This document shows positions 1 through 16,570 of a DNA stretch of 64,000 bases, piece by piece (position 1 is the first letter of the stretch; each line of letters begins with the position of its first letter). The stretch is from Escherichia coli (GTDB lineage Bacteria > Pseudomonadota > Gammaproteobacteria > Enterobacterales > Enterobacteriaceae). The notes below the pieces were generated by a model. That model did no database searches, had not been told where the DNA came from, and saw only the letters and a program-made list of their open reading frames with translations. The position numbers and the translations under genes are program-made. Location of the stretch: assembly GCF_024502345.1 (NCBI RefSeq), contig NZ_JALDNN010000001.1; one strand, given 5' to 3'.

Positions 1-315
1 CAGCATGAACATCAGTTCTGCGAGTAAACCTCTGGACGCCAGAAAACGGCTTTGACGATGAGGGGGAATGTTTCGGGCTTCTTGATGACACTGGGAGGGG
101 AGACGAACAGAAATCAGATGTCCTTCCGTTAAAATCCCTCGGGCAAAGTGAGTCGCCATTTTTCGCTCCATGCTTAATGGTCCATTATGAATACAAGAGT
201 AATCATTTACTGGAATGATGGACAGACTAAAGCGGCTAAAAGTTCGATTCAGACAAGCTTATTACAACTTTTTTACATTTTATTGTGAAATTGGGTCGCG
301 TTTCATACGATTCGG

Positions 316-1275
316 TTATGCCATCGACGCGTAAAGGTTTTTAATGGTTTCCCGTAACCAGACGATCTTCGGATTATGGCTGTTCCGTTTATGCCACAGC
401 AGGGTAAAAGGAACTTCCAGCTTTTTTTGCTGGCTTTCGTCAAACGGGAGAGGAAGAGCAACCAACGGCAGTTGATGGAGTTGATTGTAGTACTGACAGT
501 AGCGCGGCGCGGTCGCCAGTAGCAGATTGTCGGGTTGCGCTGCCATAAACAGTGACTGCTCGAATTCCGGCAGGCTCATAGCAATCGTGCGTTCGCGCCC
601 CAGCTCCTGTAACACATTGTCCAGCGCCCAGGTGTCGCTCTGTTCCCAGCAAATGCTGATATGCGGATAACGTAAAAAGGTGTCCAGATTCCACGTTTCA
701 TGCAGTGCCGGATGATCTTTGCGTAACCAGACGCAGGGCACATCACTAAACAACACTTCATAATCAATGGCTAACGGTAGCGAGCTTAATAGCTCCCGCG
801 AGCGAGGATGACTTTCGCGACCGGAAAAACCAATATCCACTTCACCACGAGTAATGGCATCTAAGGAATCGTAATCCCAGTTACGTAATTTGATGGTCGC
901 CTGGGGGTAACGTTGGTAGATCCGTTTCGACAGCGCATTAAGCATGATCATCATCAGCGGTGATTCCGCCGCCAGTTCAAACTTCAGGCCGCGCGGTGTC
1001 TGGTGGTGCGGTTTATCCAGCAGCAGGTTGCTCATTTGCATCCATTCCGCCAGATTTTGCTCCATGCTGACCATTAGCGGTGTGGGCGACAGACCCAGCG
1101 GTGAGTTCACAAAGAGCGGGTCGTCAAACCACGCTCTTAACTTTGCCAGCGACTTACTCACCGCCGAAGGGGTCACGTTCATCCGCTTCGCCGCTTTGGT
1201 CACGCTGCGCTCCTGCATCAGCAGTTGCAGACAGAGCAGCAGATTGAGATCAAGCGTGGTGATGGATTTCTTCAT
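316..1275 (-). CDS. yidZ: LysR-family transcriptional regulator YidZ
   Basis: 319-aa ORF with N-terminal HTH and LysR substrate-binding architecture; position next to mdtL as in K-12. Confidence 0.85.
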
Positions 1276-2425
1276 GAGCGGCAGCGGGGCGTCCAGGCGC
1301 GACGAACATAATCAGCAACAGGCTCACTATGCTACAGGCAATCAGAATCCCGATCAGCATATTCCATGCGCCGATACCAACCACCGCCGCCAGCCAAATC
1401 CACAGTGACGAACCGCAAACCTGCGCAATACCTAAGGTCGAGCTGGCTACGCCCGCGCGTAATGAAAACGGGCCTAACGCCTGACTCATCGCCACACCAA
1501 AACCAACCGAGAAACCGGCGCAAATCAGCGTGATACCAAACAGAGAAACCGCATGGGAAGGTGAAACGGTAAGAGTGATGCCCGCCGCCAGGAATAACAC
1601 CTGTGAGGTGATCATCAACGTACGTGGCTTAAAAATTCCCAGCGCAAATGGCGTGGAAAATGAAACGGTCATGCTGACGCCAGCGGTCAACGCCATAATG
1701 GTGGCGTATTCTCCGCGCTCAAAACCCATGATTTCCATCAGCAATACCGGCGACGTGTTGACGAAGGTGAGGATCACCGAAACGCTGAGGGTGGTGATAA
1801 CAACACGGCTGAGGAAAAACCGATTAAGCAGCGACTCGCTATTTTCTCGTGATTTGTCCGAAGCTGCGGGGGCGGCAGGGCGCGTTTCTTTTAAAATAAA
1901 CAAAGACAACATCAGTACCGCGATGCCCATTATTGCCATCGTCCAGAACAGACTCTGCCACGGGAATTTAAGCATAATCAGATGACCGAGCACCGGCGCT
2001 AACACCGGAATGATGCAGGTAATGCCGTTGAGTAACGACAGCACTTTTGCCCGACGTCGATCATCCAGCGTGTCGCGCAAAATGGCGAATGCCACCACGT
2101 AACAACAGCCCGCGCCCAACCCCTGTAGAAAGCGCCCTGCAAGAAATAACGTGCTGGTTTCAGCCAGTGAACAGAACACCGAGGCGATAATAAATAGCGC
2201 CGCGCCTGGTATGGCGACAGGCTTTCTCCCTGAACGATCGGCCACTTTACCGGCAAATAACATCGCAGCTGCCATACCTGCCAGATAAACGGAGAACGCA
2301 ATATGTAACTGCGCTTCGCTGGCATTGAGATCGGCGGCGATGCGCGGTAAACCAACGAGGTACATATCAATCCCAGCGGGATAAAGTAAAACCAGGGCAA
2401 AACTACAAATCAAAAAGCGGGACAT
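1250..2425 (-). CDS. mdtL: MFS multidrug efflux transporter MdtL
   Basis: 391-aa polytopic membrane ORF; K-12 synteny between yidZ and tnaB. Confidence 0.85.
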
Positions 2426-2556
2426 GGGCTAAAGCGTCCTGATAGTAAGGTGACGCAAAGCATACGTGGTGAAGGAGGATCAGGCGAGTTGCCATTTGGA
2501 CATAAGTGATTTCCTGAGAGGCAAGAAGCCAGCGAATGACTGGCTTCTTGAAGGAT

Positions 2557-3804
2557 TTAGCCAAATTTAGGTAACACGTTAAAGACGTTGCCGAACCAGC
2601 ACAAAATTACGGTTATACCAAAGAGAATGACAATCGCCGGAATAAGATTGCCGCCCCAGACCGTGAACATCTGATTGGGAAACTTTTTGCGAGCTTTGAT
2701 TGCCAGCACCGCGGGGATAATGACCGCCCAGATGGTGGCGCACAGTCCGGCACCGCCGATCCCGTAAATAAAGCCGTTCGGGAAGATCAGATACAACAAC
2801 GCGGGTGGCAGGAAGGTTAACAGCACGGTTTTGAAACGCCCGCCGTGGGAGTTATCAATCTTAAACAGATCCGCCAGATAATCGAACAATCCCAGCGTGA
2901 CACCAAAGAACGAACTGGCAACAGCTAAGTTGGAGAACACCAGCAGGCAAAACTCGATAATGCCGTGCTGTTTGGTGCCGAGGAACGATTTCACCAGTGA
3001 ATCAACGTTGCCGCCTGAGGAGATAATCGCCTTAAAGCTTTCTCGCGGAATATTCCCCATGGTGCAATAGAGCCAGAAGAGATAAATCACCAGCGCCAGC
3101 AGCGAACCAAATACCACGCTTTTGATTAACTTATCTTTGCGTTTTCCATAGCAAATAATCAGGCTGGGAATATTGCCGTGGAAACCAAATGACGCCAGAC
3201 ACACCGGCAAAGCCATAAAGATATACGGGAAGTAAGACGTTCCCGCAGTGGTGCTGGTGGCATCGCGCAGGATGGAGTAATCGACCTGGAAGAAGAAAGA
3301 ACCAAACACGATCACAAAGGAGATAATCTTCAGCCCGAGGAACAATGAGGTAATGCGACTGGCGGCTAACGAACTTATCCACAATACGCTGGCAACGAAA
3401 ATGGCTGTGCAGATCCCGACAATACGTGGATTAGCGTGATAGCCCAAATTCATTGATATCGTTTCACTAATGATCGCACCATTAGCAGAGATATAGGCAT
3501 AAGTGAGGATATAGAGAACGAAGGCAACGGTAATACCGCTGATAATGTTCCAGGTGTTACCGATTAAATCTTTGGTGATGGTGTTAAAACTGGAGCCGAC
3601 AGGATAATTTAAATTTGCTTCTAATAACAATAACCCGGAATGAAGCATTGAAAACCAGGCAATGATAAGGATAAAGGCACCCCAGAAAAACCAGGCACCG
3701 GCAAGATCAACAGGTAAAGCAAACATACCTCCACCAATTACTGTACCTGCTATAACCATAACACCCCAAAATGCAGAGTGCTTTTTTTCAGCTTGATCAG
3801 TCAT
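2557..3804 (-). CDS. tnaB: low-affinity tryptophan permease
   Basis: 415-aa aromatic amino acid permease ORF directly downstream of tnaA. Confidence 0.9.
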   Translation of the reverse strand: MTDQAEKKHSAFWGVMVIAGTVIGGGMFALPVDLAGAWFFWGAFILIIAWFSMLHSGLLLLEANLNYPVGSSFNTITKDLIGNTWNIISGITVAFVLYILTYAYISANGAIISETISMNLGYHANPRIVGICTAIFVASVLWISSLAASRITSLFLGLKIISFVIVFGSFFFQVDYSILRDATSTTAGTSYFPYIFMALPVCLASFGFHGNIPSLIICYGKRKDKLIKSVVFGSLLALVIYLFWLYCTMGNIPRESFKAIISSGGNVDSLVKSFLGTKQHGIIEFCLLVFSNLAVASSFFGVTLGLFDYLADLFKIDNSHGGRFKTVLLTFLPPALLYLIFPNGFIYGIGGAGLCATIWAVIIPAVLAIKARKKFPNQMFTVWGGNLIPAIVILFGITVILCWFGNVFNVLPKFG

Positions 3805-3894
3805 GATGCCACCTTTAGAGGAAGGCTATTTTTGTTATTGAGGATGTAGGGTAAGAGAGTGGCTAACATCCTTATAGCCACTCTGTAGTATTAA

Positions 3895-5310
3895 TTAAAC
3901 TTCTTTCAGTTTTGCGGTGAAGTGACGCAATACTTTTGGTTCGTAGGTAAAGGTTAATCCTTTAATATTCGCCGCGTTCTCTTTCACATGTTTAAAGGCT
4001 TCAATAATGAAGTCCATATGTGTTTGAGTATATGTTGCGCGCGGAATGGTTAAACGCAGCAGTTCAGCCGGGCATGGCAGTTGTTTACCGGTTTTCGGAT
4101 CGCGGCCTAACAGGAAAGAGCCAATTTCTACCGCACGGATACCGGCGACTTTATACAGCTCGCACGCCAGCGCCTGTGCCGGGAACTGGTCTGCCGGGAT
4201 ATGCGGCAGCAGTTTACCGGCATCAACGAATGCCGCGTGACCGCCCGCCTGCTGGCAGACAACGCCAATCTCTTCCAGACCATCGACCAGATACTGTACC
4301 TGCGCGATACGATAAGCCAGCCAGTCGAGATTCATGCCGTCATACAGACCTACCGCCAGACGCTCCATCGCGCCGCCTTCCAGGCCGCCATATGTCGGGA
4401 AGCCTTCCTGCACCACGCAAAGGGTTCTGCACTCGGTGTACACATCAAAGAAGCTGTCGTCTTTCATGCACAGCAAGCCGCCCATCGGCACCATCGCATC
4501 TTTCTTGGCGGACATCGCCAGCATATCGGCATATTTGTAGGTTTCGCGGGTGATCTGCTCGATGGTCCAGTCTTTGTATTCTGCTTCACGCTGCTTGATG
4601 AAATAGGCGTTTTCAGCAAAGCGTGCGGAGTCCATTACCACCGGAATATCGTATTTCTTCGCGATGCTGTACATAGCTTTTAAGTTTGCCAGTGAAACCG
4701 GCTGACCACCTGCAGAGTTACTGGTGATGGTTGCAACGATATACGGCACGTTATTCGGGCCAACTTCTTCAATACCGCGTTCTAATCCTTCGAGGTCAAA
4801 GTTGCCTTTAAAGTCGTAACGCACGCCCGTATCGAAGGCTTCTTTGATATAGACGTTACGCACGGTACAGCCGTTAATCTGGCTATGGCCCTGCGTGGTA
4901 TCAAAGAAATAGTTAGAGAATGCCACCATTTTGCTGCGATCCAGGCCTTTTTCCTGCTCGCGTTTTTTAATCAGTACCGGAATATAGATTTGCTCTGCGC
5001 CACGGCCCTGGTGAGTCGGAATAGTATATTGATAACCAAAGATATTTTTCACTGACTCGGCTAACGCATAGTAGCTGCGGCTGCCGCTGTAGGCTTCGTC
5101 GCCGCGCATCATCGCTGCCTGCATACTTTGGGTTACCGCCCCGGTGCCGCTGTCGGTCAGTAAATCGATAAACACATCTTCGCTATCCAGCAGGAACGGG
5201 TTCATACCGGATTTAATAATTGCTTCTTCACGATAAGCGCGAGTAGTACGTTTTACTGGCTCAATAACACGAATGCGGAACGGTTCAGGGAGATGTTTAA
5301 AGTTTTCCAT
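3895..5310 (-). CDS. tnaA: tryptophanase
   Basis: ORF translation matches tryptophanase; start set at [14 protein letters not shown] (ATG at 5308-5310 on minus strand) rather than the upstream track start. Confidence 0.9.
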
Positions 5311-5530
5311 TACATAATCCTTCATTTATTTTAATTACAGTGATCCCTGTGAATATTACATCTGCAATATCCATTAATTCGCCATGTATATATACAAGCA
5401 CCATCATTTACTAAAATAAGTAAATAAACGAGAGATGGCCTTTGCAAAAGGCAAAATTAAGATATAGCAAACTAATCGTTCACATTGAATCTAATCGGTT
5501 TGGCTCTGGTGATGGCTACAGAAGGGTAAA

Positions 5531-5605
5531 TTAAGGGCGGTGATCGACAATCTTATTGTCGATATTGAACCATTTTGAGGTCACACATATATGTAAGATA
5601 TTCAT
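5531..5605 (-). CDS. tnaC: tna operon leader peptide TnaC (24 aa)
   Basis: Minus-strand translation gives MNILHICVTSKWFNIDNKIVDHRP then stop; lies about 220 bp upstream of tnaA; below the ORF track length cut-off. Confidence 0.85.
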   Translation of the reverse strand: MNILHICVTSKWFNIDNKIVDHRP

Positions 5606-5847
5606 AATGCACTTATCCTCGAAAGACACGAGGCTACAGTATAATACTCAAGAATTTTGTCTATTCTAAAATTGTTTAAATGTGAATCGAATCACAATCG
5701 TTCGGGGAGCAATATTAAATGCTTTTTTTTAAGATTATAAATTACGTAAGAATTTTAATGTTTAAAAAAAGGGTTGAGGAATAACAGGAGTGCTAACAAT
5801 GAAGCGAAGCCGCATCTGACAGTCAGAATACGGCTTCGTAAGCGCGG

Positions 5848-7212
5848 TTACTTACCAATACAGAAGCTGGAGAAAATCCGCCCCAGCAGGTCGTCAGAGG
5901 TAAATTCCCCGGTGATTTCGCTTAAGTTCTGCTGCGCCAGGCGCAACTCTTCCGCCAGTAGTTCGCCTGCCCAGGCACCTAACAGTTGCGCTTTACCTTG
6001 CTGCAAATGCTCCGCTGCCTGTTCCAGCGCCTGTAGGTGGCGACGGCGCGCCAGGAAGCCGCCTTCCATGTTGGTGTCAAAGCCCATGCTCTGTTTGAGA
6101 TGGTTACGCAGCACGTCCACGCCTTCGCCAGTCCTTGCAGACAGACGAATCAACGCATGACCGTTCACTTCACTCATTCCCAGCGTTTCGCCGGTGATAT
6201 CGGCTTTATTGCGCACCACGGTGATCGGCAGTTTCGCGGGCAGACGGGCGATAAATTCCGGCCAGATCTCTGCCGGATCAACGGCGTCTGTCGTGGTGCC
6301 ATCGACCATAAACAGCACGCGGTCGGCCTGTTCAATTTCCTGCCACGCGCGCTCGATCCCAATACGTTCAACTTCGTCACTGGCTTCACGTAGCCCGGCG
6401 GTATCGATGATATGCAGCGGCATTCCGTCAATATGGATATGCTCACGCAGCACGTCACGCGTGGTTCCGGCGATATCGGTTACGATTGCCGCTTCACGGC
6501 CCGCCAGCGCGTTTAACAGGCTCGATTTACCGGCATTAGGACGTCCGGCAATCACCACCTTCATCCCTTCGCGCAACAAACTACCCTGACGTGCTTCAGC
6601 ACGCACTGCATCGAGATCGGCAATCACGTCATTAAGCTGGGCTTCAATTTTGCCGTCGGAGAGGAAATCGATCTCTTCATCGGGGAAATCAATTGCCGCT
6701 TCAACGTAAATGCGCAAGTGGGTGAGGGCTTCTACCAGATGATTAACCCGTGCGGAGAATGCGCCTTGCAGCGAGTTAAGTGCCGAACGGGCTGCCTGTT
6801 CCGAACTGGCGTCGATAAGATCCGCAATCGCCTCAGCTTGGGCTAAGTCGAGTTTATCGTTAAGAAACGCGCGTTCGGAAAACTCACCAGGGCGAGCAAT
6901 CCGCAGGCCGGGAATGGTCAGAATGCGTTTTAACAGCAGGTCGAGGATCACCGGACCGCCATGACCTTGCAGTTCCAGCACATCTTCGCCGGTGAACGAG
7001 TTCGGGCCAGGGAACCATAGCGCAATCCCCTGATCGAGCACGCTGCCGTCGGCGTCTTTAAACGGAAGATAATCGGCGTAGCGCGGCTTAGGCAGTTTAC
7101 CCAGCACGGTTTCGGCAACTTCACGGGCTTTGAAGCCGGAGATGCGCAGGATGCCAACGCCGCCACGTCCCGGAGGCGTGGCCTGGGCTACGATAGTGTC
7201 ATTATCGCTCAT
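5848..7212 (-). CDS. mnmE: tRNA modification GTPase MnmE
   Basis: 454-aa ORF with GTPase motifs ([14 protein letters not shown]) and C-terminal CIGK. Confidence 0.9.
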
Positions 7213-7313
7213 GATGTTCCTGTTGCTTTGTGTGGCGGATGCGCGGTATCCGCCCTACGAAAAGAAAAAAGGCGGTCAACTGACCGCCCTTATTTTAGCG
7301 AAAACTCACCGAA

Positions 7314-8960
7314 TCAGGATTTTTTCTTCTCGCGGCTATGCAGGCCACGTTTTTCCAGACCACGGTAAATCAGCTGCTGCTGGATAATGGTTACCAGGTT
7401 GCTGACGATATAGTACAGCACCAGACCTGACGGGAACCACAGGAAGAACACGGTGAAGATGACCGGCATAAAGGTCATGATCTTCTGCTGCATCGGGTCG
7501 GTCACTGTGGTCGGCGACATCTTCTGAATGAAGAACATCGTTACGCCCATCAGGATCGGCAGGATGTAGTACGGGTCCTGTGCCGACAGGTCGTGGATCC
7601 ACAGTGCAAACGGTGCCTGACGCAGTTCAACGGAACCCATCAGCATGTAGTACAACGCCAGGAAGATTGGCATCTGGATCAGCAGCGGGAAGCAGCCGCC
7701 CAGCGGGTTAACCTTCTCAGCTTTGTACAGCGCCATCATTTCCTGGCTGATACGCTGTTTGTCATCACCCAGACGCTCACGCATTGCCTGAATCTTCGGC
7801 TGCAGCATACGCATCTTCGCCATGGAGGTGTACTGCGCTTTGGTCAGCGGGTACATGATGCCACGAACGATAAAGGTGATGATGATAATGGAGAAGCCCC
7901 AGTTACCCACAAAGCTATGGATCCATTTCAGCAGTTTGAACAGCGGCTGAGAGATGAACCACAACCAACCGTAATCAACGGTCAGATCCAGGTGCGGAGC
8001 AACAGCTGCCATTTTGTCCTGGATTTCCGGGCCAACCCACAGGGTGCTGTTCATCGCGCCAGTCTGACCAGGCTGAACCAGTACCGGCTGAGATTTATAG
8101 CCGATAGCGGCGATGCCGTTACCCAGATTAGCGGTATAGAAGTTGTTGGTACCGTCGTTATGCGGGATCCACGCCGTCGCGAAATACTGTTGCAGCATTG
8201 CCACCCAACCACCTTTCGAAGAGATGTTCAGGTTTTCGTTATCGGCAATGGTATCGAACTTGTATTTCTCGTACTTCTCGTCAGGCGTGGAGTACGCCGC
8301 GCCGCGGAAGGTGTGCAGTGCGAAGTTGCTGCTTCCGGTATCGAGATGCGGTGGCAGAGTGATGGATTGCTTCAACTGACCAAAGGTGGAGATTTCCAGC
8401 GGTTTCTCGCCAGCGTTCTGCACGTTGTAGTTGACGTTGACAGCGTAATCACCACGTTTCAGGACAAACGTTTTGGTAAACGTGTTGCCTGCCGCGTCGG
8501 TATACGTCATCGGCACCTGCAGTTCGTTTTGACCTTCAGCCAGCACATAAGCGTCTTTTTCAACGTTATACAGCGGACGCGGGCCGTTAGCCGGGTTATC
8601 CGGGCCATCACGACCGGTCAGACCGCTCTGTGCCTGATAAATAAACTGCGGTGAAGTTTCCAGCAGCTGGAACGGCTGGGTAGAGTTCAGCTCTTTCGGG
8701 TAAGCAGGCAGCAGAGCTTGCTCAACATCACCACCACGGGTGTTGATGGTCAGATCAAGCACGTCGGTCTTAACCGAGATCAGTTTCCCCTGGCCACTGG
8801 CCGGTACGCCCTGGTCGGCGGCGCTACCCGCTGCGGTGGTCGTTGTCTGCGTGGTCTGTTGGGCCTGAGGTTGCGGGTTTTTATCCTGCTCCCAGGCTTG
8901 CCAGATCATGAAAGACACGAACAGCAAAGCGATGACTAAAAGATTGCGTTGCGAATCCAT
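7314..8960 (-). CDS. yidC: membrane protein insertase YidC
   Basis: 548-aa ORF; conserved yidC-yidD-rnpA-rpmH arrangement. Confidence 0.9.
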
Positions 8961-8962
8961 CG

Positions 8963-9220
8963 TTAGTGTTCTCTGGTATCAAATGGTCCGGGCGGGACGG
9001 GATCGTCACCACCAGGGTGTAAAGGGTGGCATTTTAATACGCGTTTCACCGTCAACCAACTGCCTTTTATCACTCCAAACCTGCGCAATGCCTCAATTCC
9101 GTAGCTTGAACAGGTTGGAGTGAAACGACAATGCGGCCCGAGTAGCGGACTAATCAGGCGTTGATAGACCCGAATGAGGGCTATCAGGACCCGCGAGCCA
9201 GGCGACAGTGGCGGCGCCAT
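8963..9220 (-). CDS. yidD: membrane protein insertion efficiency factor YidD
   Basis: 85-aa ORF between rnpA and yidC. Confidence 0.8.
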
Positions 9221-9543
9221 AATTTTTCCAACGCTTCCGAGAGAGCACGGTTATCGAGGTCGGCAACCCCTTTTTTCGCCACCACCACGAAATCCATAGC
9301 CGGGAGTTCATGTTGGCGCAGACGGAAGCTTTCACGCGTCAGACGTTTAATCCGATTGCGTTCATGGGCGCGTCGAACGTTTTTCTTGGCGACTGTAAGA
9401 CCGATACGGGGATGCCCCAGCGAATTCAGGCGGCCGAGAATGGTAATTTGCGGCGTGCCAGCCCGTTGTGGCTGCTGGAAGACGAATGTGAATTGACTGG
9501 GAGTTAACAAGCGTAACTCCCTGGGAAATGCGAGCTTAACCAC
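9184..9543 (-). CDS. rnpA: RNase P protein component
   Basis: 119-aa basic protein ORF; conserved position downstream of rpmH. Confidence 0.9.
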
Positions 9544-9559
9544 TCAGGGGTTAGCTTTA

Positions 9560-9712
<153 letters not shown>

Positions 9713-10088
9713 CTAAACTTGAATAAATTCAATGGCTTTATTGGATATCCGCCGAAAAATGAAACGATGGACACCGAAGCCATGGGTGATTAAAGAGGCC
9801 GGATTGTAATAATTGTACACTCCGGAGTCAATTCTCTTTCCTTATTTACCGCGCTTTTCCGCACCTTTTCGCAGGGAAAATGTACGACCTCACACCAGTG
9901 AAAACCAGCATGGCGCGCCGGGTGGAGGATTATACGGGCTGATGGGTAAAGCGCAAGGATCGTCCTGGATCTTTATTAGATCGATTAAGCCAATTTTTGT
10001 CTATGGTCATTAAATTTTCCAATATGCGGCGTAAATCGTGCCCGCCTCGCGGCAGGATCGTTTACACTTAGCGAGTTCTGGAAAGTCC

Positions 10089-10097
10089 TGTGGATAA
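10089..10097. promoter_or_regulatory. DnaA box (TGTGGATAA) in dnaA promoter region
   Basis: 9-mer matches the DnaA box consensus in reverse orientation; GATC sites cluster nearby at about 10149-10190. Confidence 0.6.
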
Positions 10098-10306
10098 ATC
10101 GGGAAAATCTGTGAGAAACAGAAGATCTCTTGCGCAGTTTAGGCTATGATCCGCGGTCCCGATCGTTTTGCAGGATCTTGATCGGGCATATAACCGCAGA
10201 CAGCGGTTCGTGCGTCACCCTCAAGCAGGGTCTTTTCGACGTACGTCAACAATCATGAATGTTTCAGCCTTAGTCATTATCGACTTTTGTTCGAGTGGAG
10301 TCCGCC

Positions 10307-11710
10307 GTGTCACTTTCGCTTTGGCAGCAGTGTCTTGCCCGATTGCAGGATGAGTTACCAGCCACAGAATTCAGTATGTGGATACGCCCATTGCAGGCGG
10401 AACTGAGCGATAACACGCTGGCCCTGTACGCGCCAAACCGTTTTGTCCTCGATTGGGTACGGGACAAGTACCTTAATAATATCAATGGACTGCTAACCAG
10501 TTTCTGCGGAGCGGATGCCCCACAGCTGCGTTTTGAAGTCGGCACCAAACCGGTGACGCAAACGCCACAAGCGGCAGTGACGAGCAACGTCGCGGCCCCT
10601 GCACAGGTGGCGCAAACGCAGCCGCAACGTGCTGCGCCTTCTACGCGCTCAGGTTGGGATAACGTCCCGGCCCCGGCAGAACCGACCTATCGTTCTAACG
10701 TAAACGTCAAACACACGTTTGATAACTTCGTTGAAGGTAAATCTAACCAACTGGCGCGCGCGGCGGCTCGCCAGGTGGCGGATAACCCTGGCGGTGCCTA
10801 TAACCCGTTGTTCCTTTATGGCGGCACGGGTCTGGGTAAAACTCACCTGCTGCATGCGGTGGGTAACGGCATTATGGCGCGCAAGCCGAATGCCAAAGTG
10901 GTTTATATGCACTCCGAGCGCTTTGTTCAGGACATGGTTAAAGCCCTGCAAAACAACGCGATCGAAGAGTTTAAACGCTACTACCGTTCCGTAGATGCAC
11001 TGCTGATCGACGATATTCAGTTTTTTGCTAATAAAGAACGATCTCAGGAAGAGTTTTTCCATACCTTCAACGCCCTGCTGGAAGGTAATCAACAGATCAT
11101 TCTCACCTCGGATCGCTATCCGAAAGAGATCAACGGCGTTGAGGATCGTTTGAAATCCCGCTTCGGTTGGGGACTGACTGTGGCGATCGAACCGCCAGAG
11201 CTGGAAACCCGTGTGGCGATCCTGATGAAAAAGGCCGACGAAAACGACATTCGTTTGCCGGGCGAAGTGGCGTTCTTTATCGCCAAGCGTCTACGATCTA
11301 ACGTACGTGAGCTGGAAGGGGCGCTGAACCGCGTCATTGCCAATGCCAACTTTACCGGACGGGCGATCACCATCGACTTCGTGCGTGAGGCGCTGCGCGA
11401 CTTGCTGGCATTGCAGGAAAAACTGGTCACCATCGACAATATTCAGAAGACGGTGGCGGAGTACTACAAGATCAAAGTCGCGGATCTCCTTTCCAAGCGT
11501 CGATCCCGCTCGGTGGCGCGTCCGCGCCAGATGGCGATGGCGCTGGCGAAAGAGCTGACTAACCACAGTCTGCCGGAGATTGGCGATGCGTTTGGTGGTC
11601 GTGACCACACGACGGTGCTTCATGCCTGCCGTAAGATCGAGCAGTTGCGTGAAGAGAGCCACGATATCAAAGAAGATTTTTCAAATTTAATCAGAACATT
11701 GTCATCGTAA
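10307..11710 (+). CDS. dnaA: chromosomal replication initiator DnaA
   Basis: Translation matches DnaA (AAA+ Walker [11 protein letters not shown]); start set at the GTG giving MSLSLWQQ (467 aa), 12 nt inside the track start. Confidence 0.9.
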
Positions 11711-11714
11711 ACCT

Positions 11715-12814
11715 ATGAAATTTACCGTAGAACGTGAGCATTTATTAAAACCGCTACAACAGGTGAGCGGTCCGTTAGGTGGTCGTCCTACGCTACCGAT
11801 TCTCGGTAATCTGCTGTTACAGGTTGCTGACGGTACGTTGTCGCTGACCGGTACTGATCTCGAGATGGAAATGGTGGCACGTGTTGCGCTGGTTCAGCCA
11901 CACGAGCCAGGAGCGACGACCGTTCCGGCGCGCAAATTCTTTGATATCTGCCGTGGTCTGCCTGAAGGCGCGGAAATTGCCGTGCAGCTGGAAGGTGAAC
12001 GGATGCTGGTACGCTCCGGGCGTAGCCGTTTTTCGCTGTCTACCCTGCCAGCGGCGGATTTCCCGAACCTCGATGACTGGCAGAGCGAAGTCGAATTTAC
12101 CCTGCCGCAGGCAACGATGAAGCGTCTGATTGAAGCGACCCAGTTTTCTATGGCGCATCAGGACGTTCGCTATTACTTAAATGGTATGCTGTTTGAAACC
12201 GAAGGTGAAGAACTGCGCACCGTGGCAACCGACGGCCACCGTCTGGCGGTCTGTTCAATGCCAATTGGTCAATCTTTGCCAAGCCATTCGGTGATCGTAC
12301 CGCGTAAAGGCGTGATTGAACTGATGCGTATGCTCGACGGCGGCGACAATCCGCTGCGCGTACAGATTGGCAGCAACAACATTCGCGCCCACGTTGGCGA
12401 CTTTATCTTCACCTCCAAACTGGTGGATGGTCGCTTCCCGGATTATCGCCGCGTTCTGCCGAAGAACCCGGACAAACATCTGGAAGCTGGCTGCGATCTG
12501 CTCAAGCAGGCGTTTGCTCGCGCGGCGATTCTCTCTAACGAGAAATTCCGCGGCGTACGTCTTTATGTCAGCGAAAACCAGCTGAAAATCACCGCCAACA
12601 ACCCGGAACAGGAAGAAGCGGAAGAGATCCTCGACGTTACCTATAGCGGTGCGGAGATGGAAATCGGCTTCAACGTCAGCTACGTGCTGGATGTTCTGAA
12701 CGCGCTGAAATGTGAAAACGTCCGCATGATGCTGACCGATTCGGTTTCCAGCGTGCAGATTGAAGATGCGGCCAGCCAGAGCGCGGCTTATGTTGTCATG
12801 CCAATGAGACTGTA

Positions 12815-12815
<1 letters not shown>
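11715..12815 (+). CDS. dnaN: DNA polymerase III beta sliding clamp
   Basis: 366-aa ORF, ends ...VVMPMRL; immediately downstream of dnaA. Confidence 0.95.
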
Positions 12816-16331
<3,516 letters not shown>

Positions 16332-16352
16332 TGGCGCTAACCATGCGAGCGT

Positions 16353-16450
16353 GCCTGATGCGCTACGCTTATCAGGCCTACGAAAATCTTGCAATGTATT
16401 GAATTTTCATGATTTTGTAGGCCGGATAAGGCGTTCACGCCGCATCCGGC
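16353..16450. repeat. REP/BIME element pair downstream of gyrB
   Basis: Two inverted REP-like units (gcctgatgcgctacgcttatcaggcctac and tgtaggccggataaggcgttcacgccgcatccggca). Confidence 0.6.
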
Positions 16451-16467
16451 AAGAAGCTATAAGAAAA

Positions 16468-16493
16468 GGGCGGAGATCATCTCCGCCCTTTTT
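16468..16493 (+). terminator. intrinsic terminator after gyrB
   Basis: Perfect hairpin gggcggagatcatctccgccc followed by a T-run. Confidence 0.5.
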
Positions 16494-16570
16494 ATTTCTG
16501 CAATCCGCAATTATCATCCCGCAAATCTATACTTTTTGGGTCAACACGTAACGCTTTACAGGTGATTATC

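Noticed and set aside
4020-4683. Cluster of plus-strand ORFs (177, 160, 68, 64 aa) inside tnaA
   Set aside because: Antisense to the well-supported tnaA frame; Arg/Pro/Ser-rich translation typical of non-coding frames.
7593-8654. 353-aa plus-strand ORF lying entirely inside yidC on the opposite strand
   Set aside because: Antisense shadow ORF of a highly conserved gene; composition is His/Arg/Gln-rich and low-complexity, typical of the reverse frame of GC-rich coding sequence.
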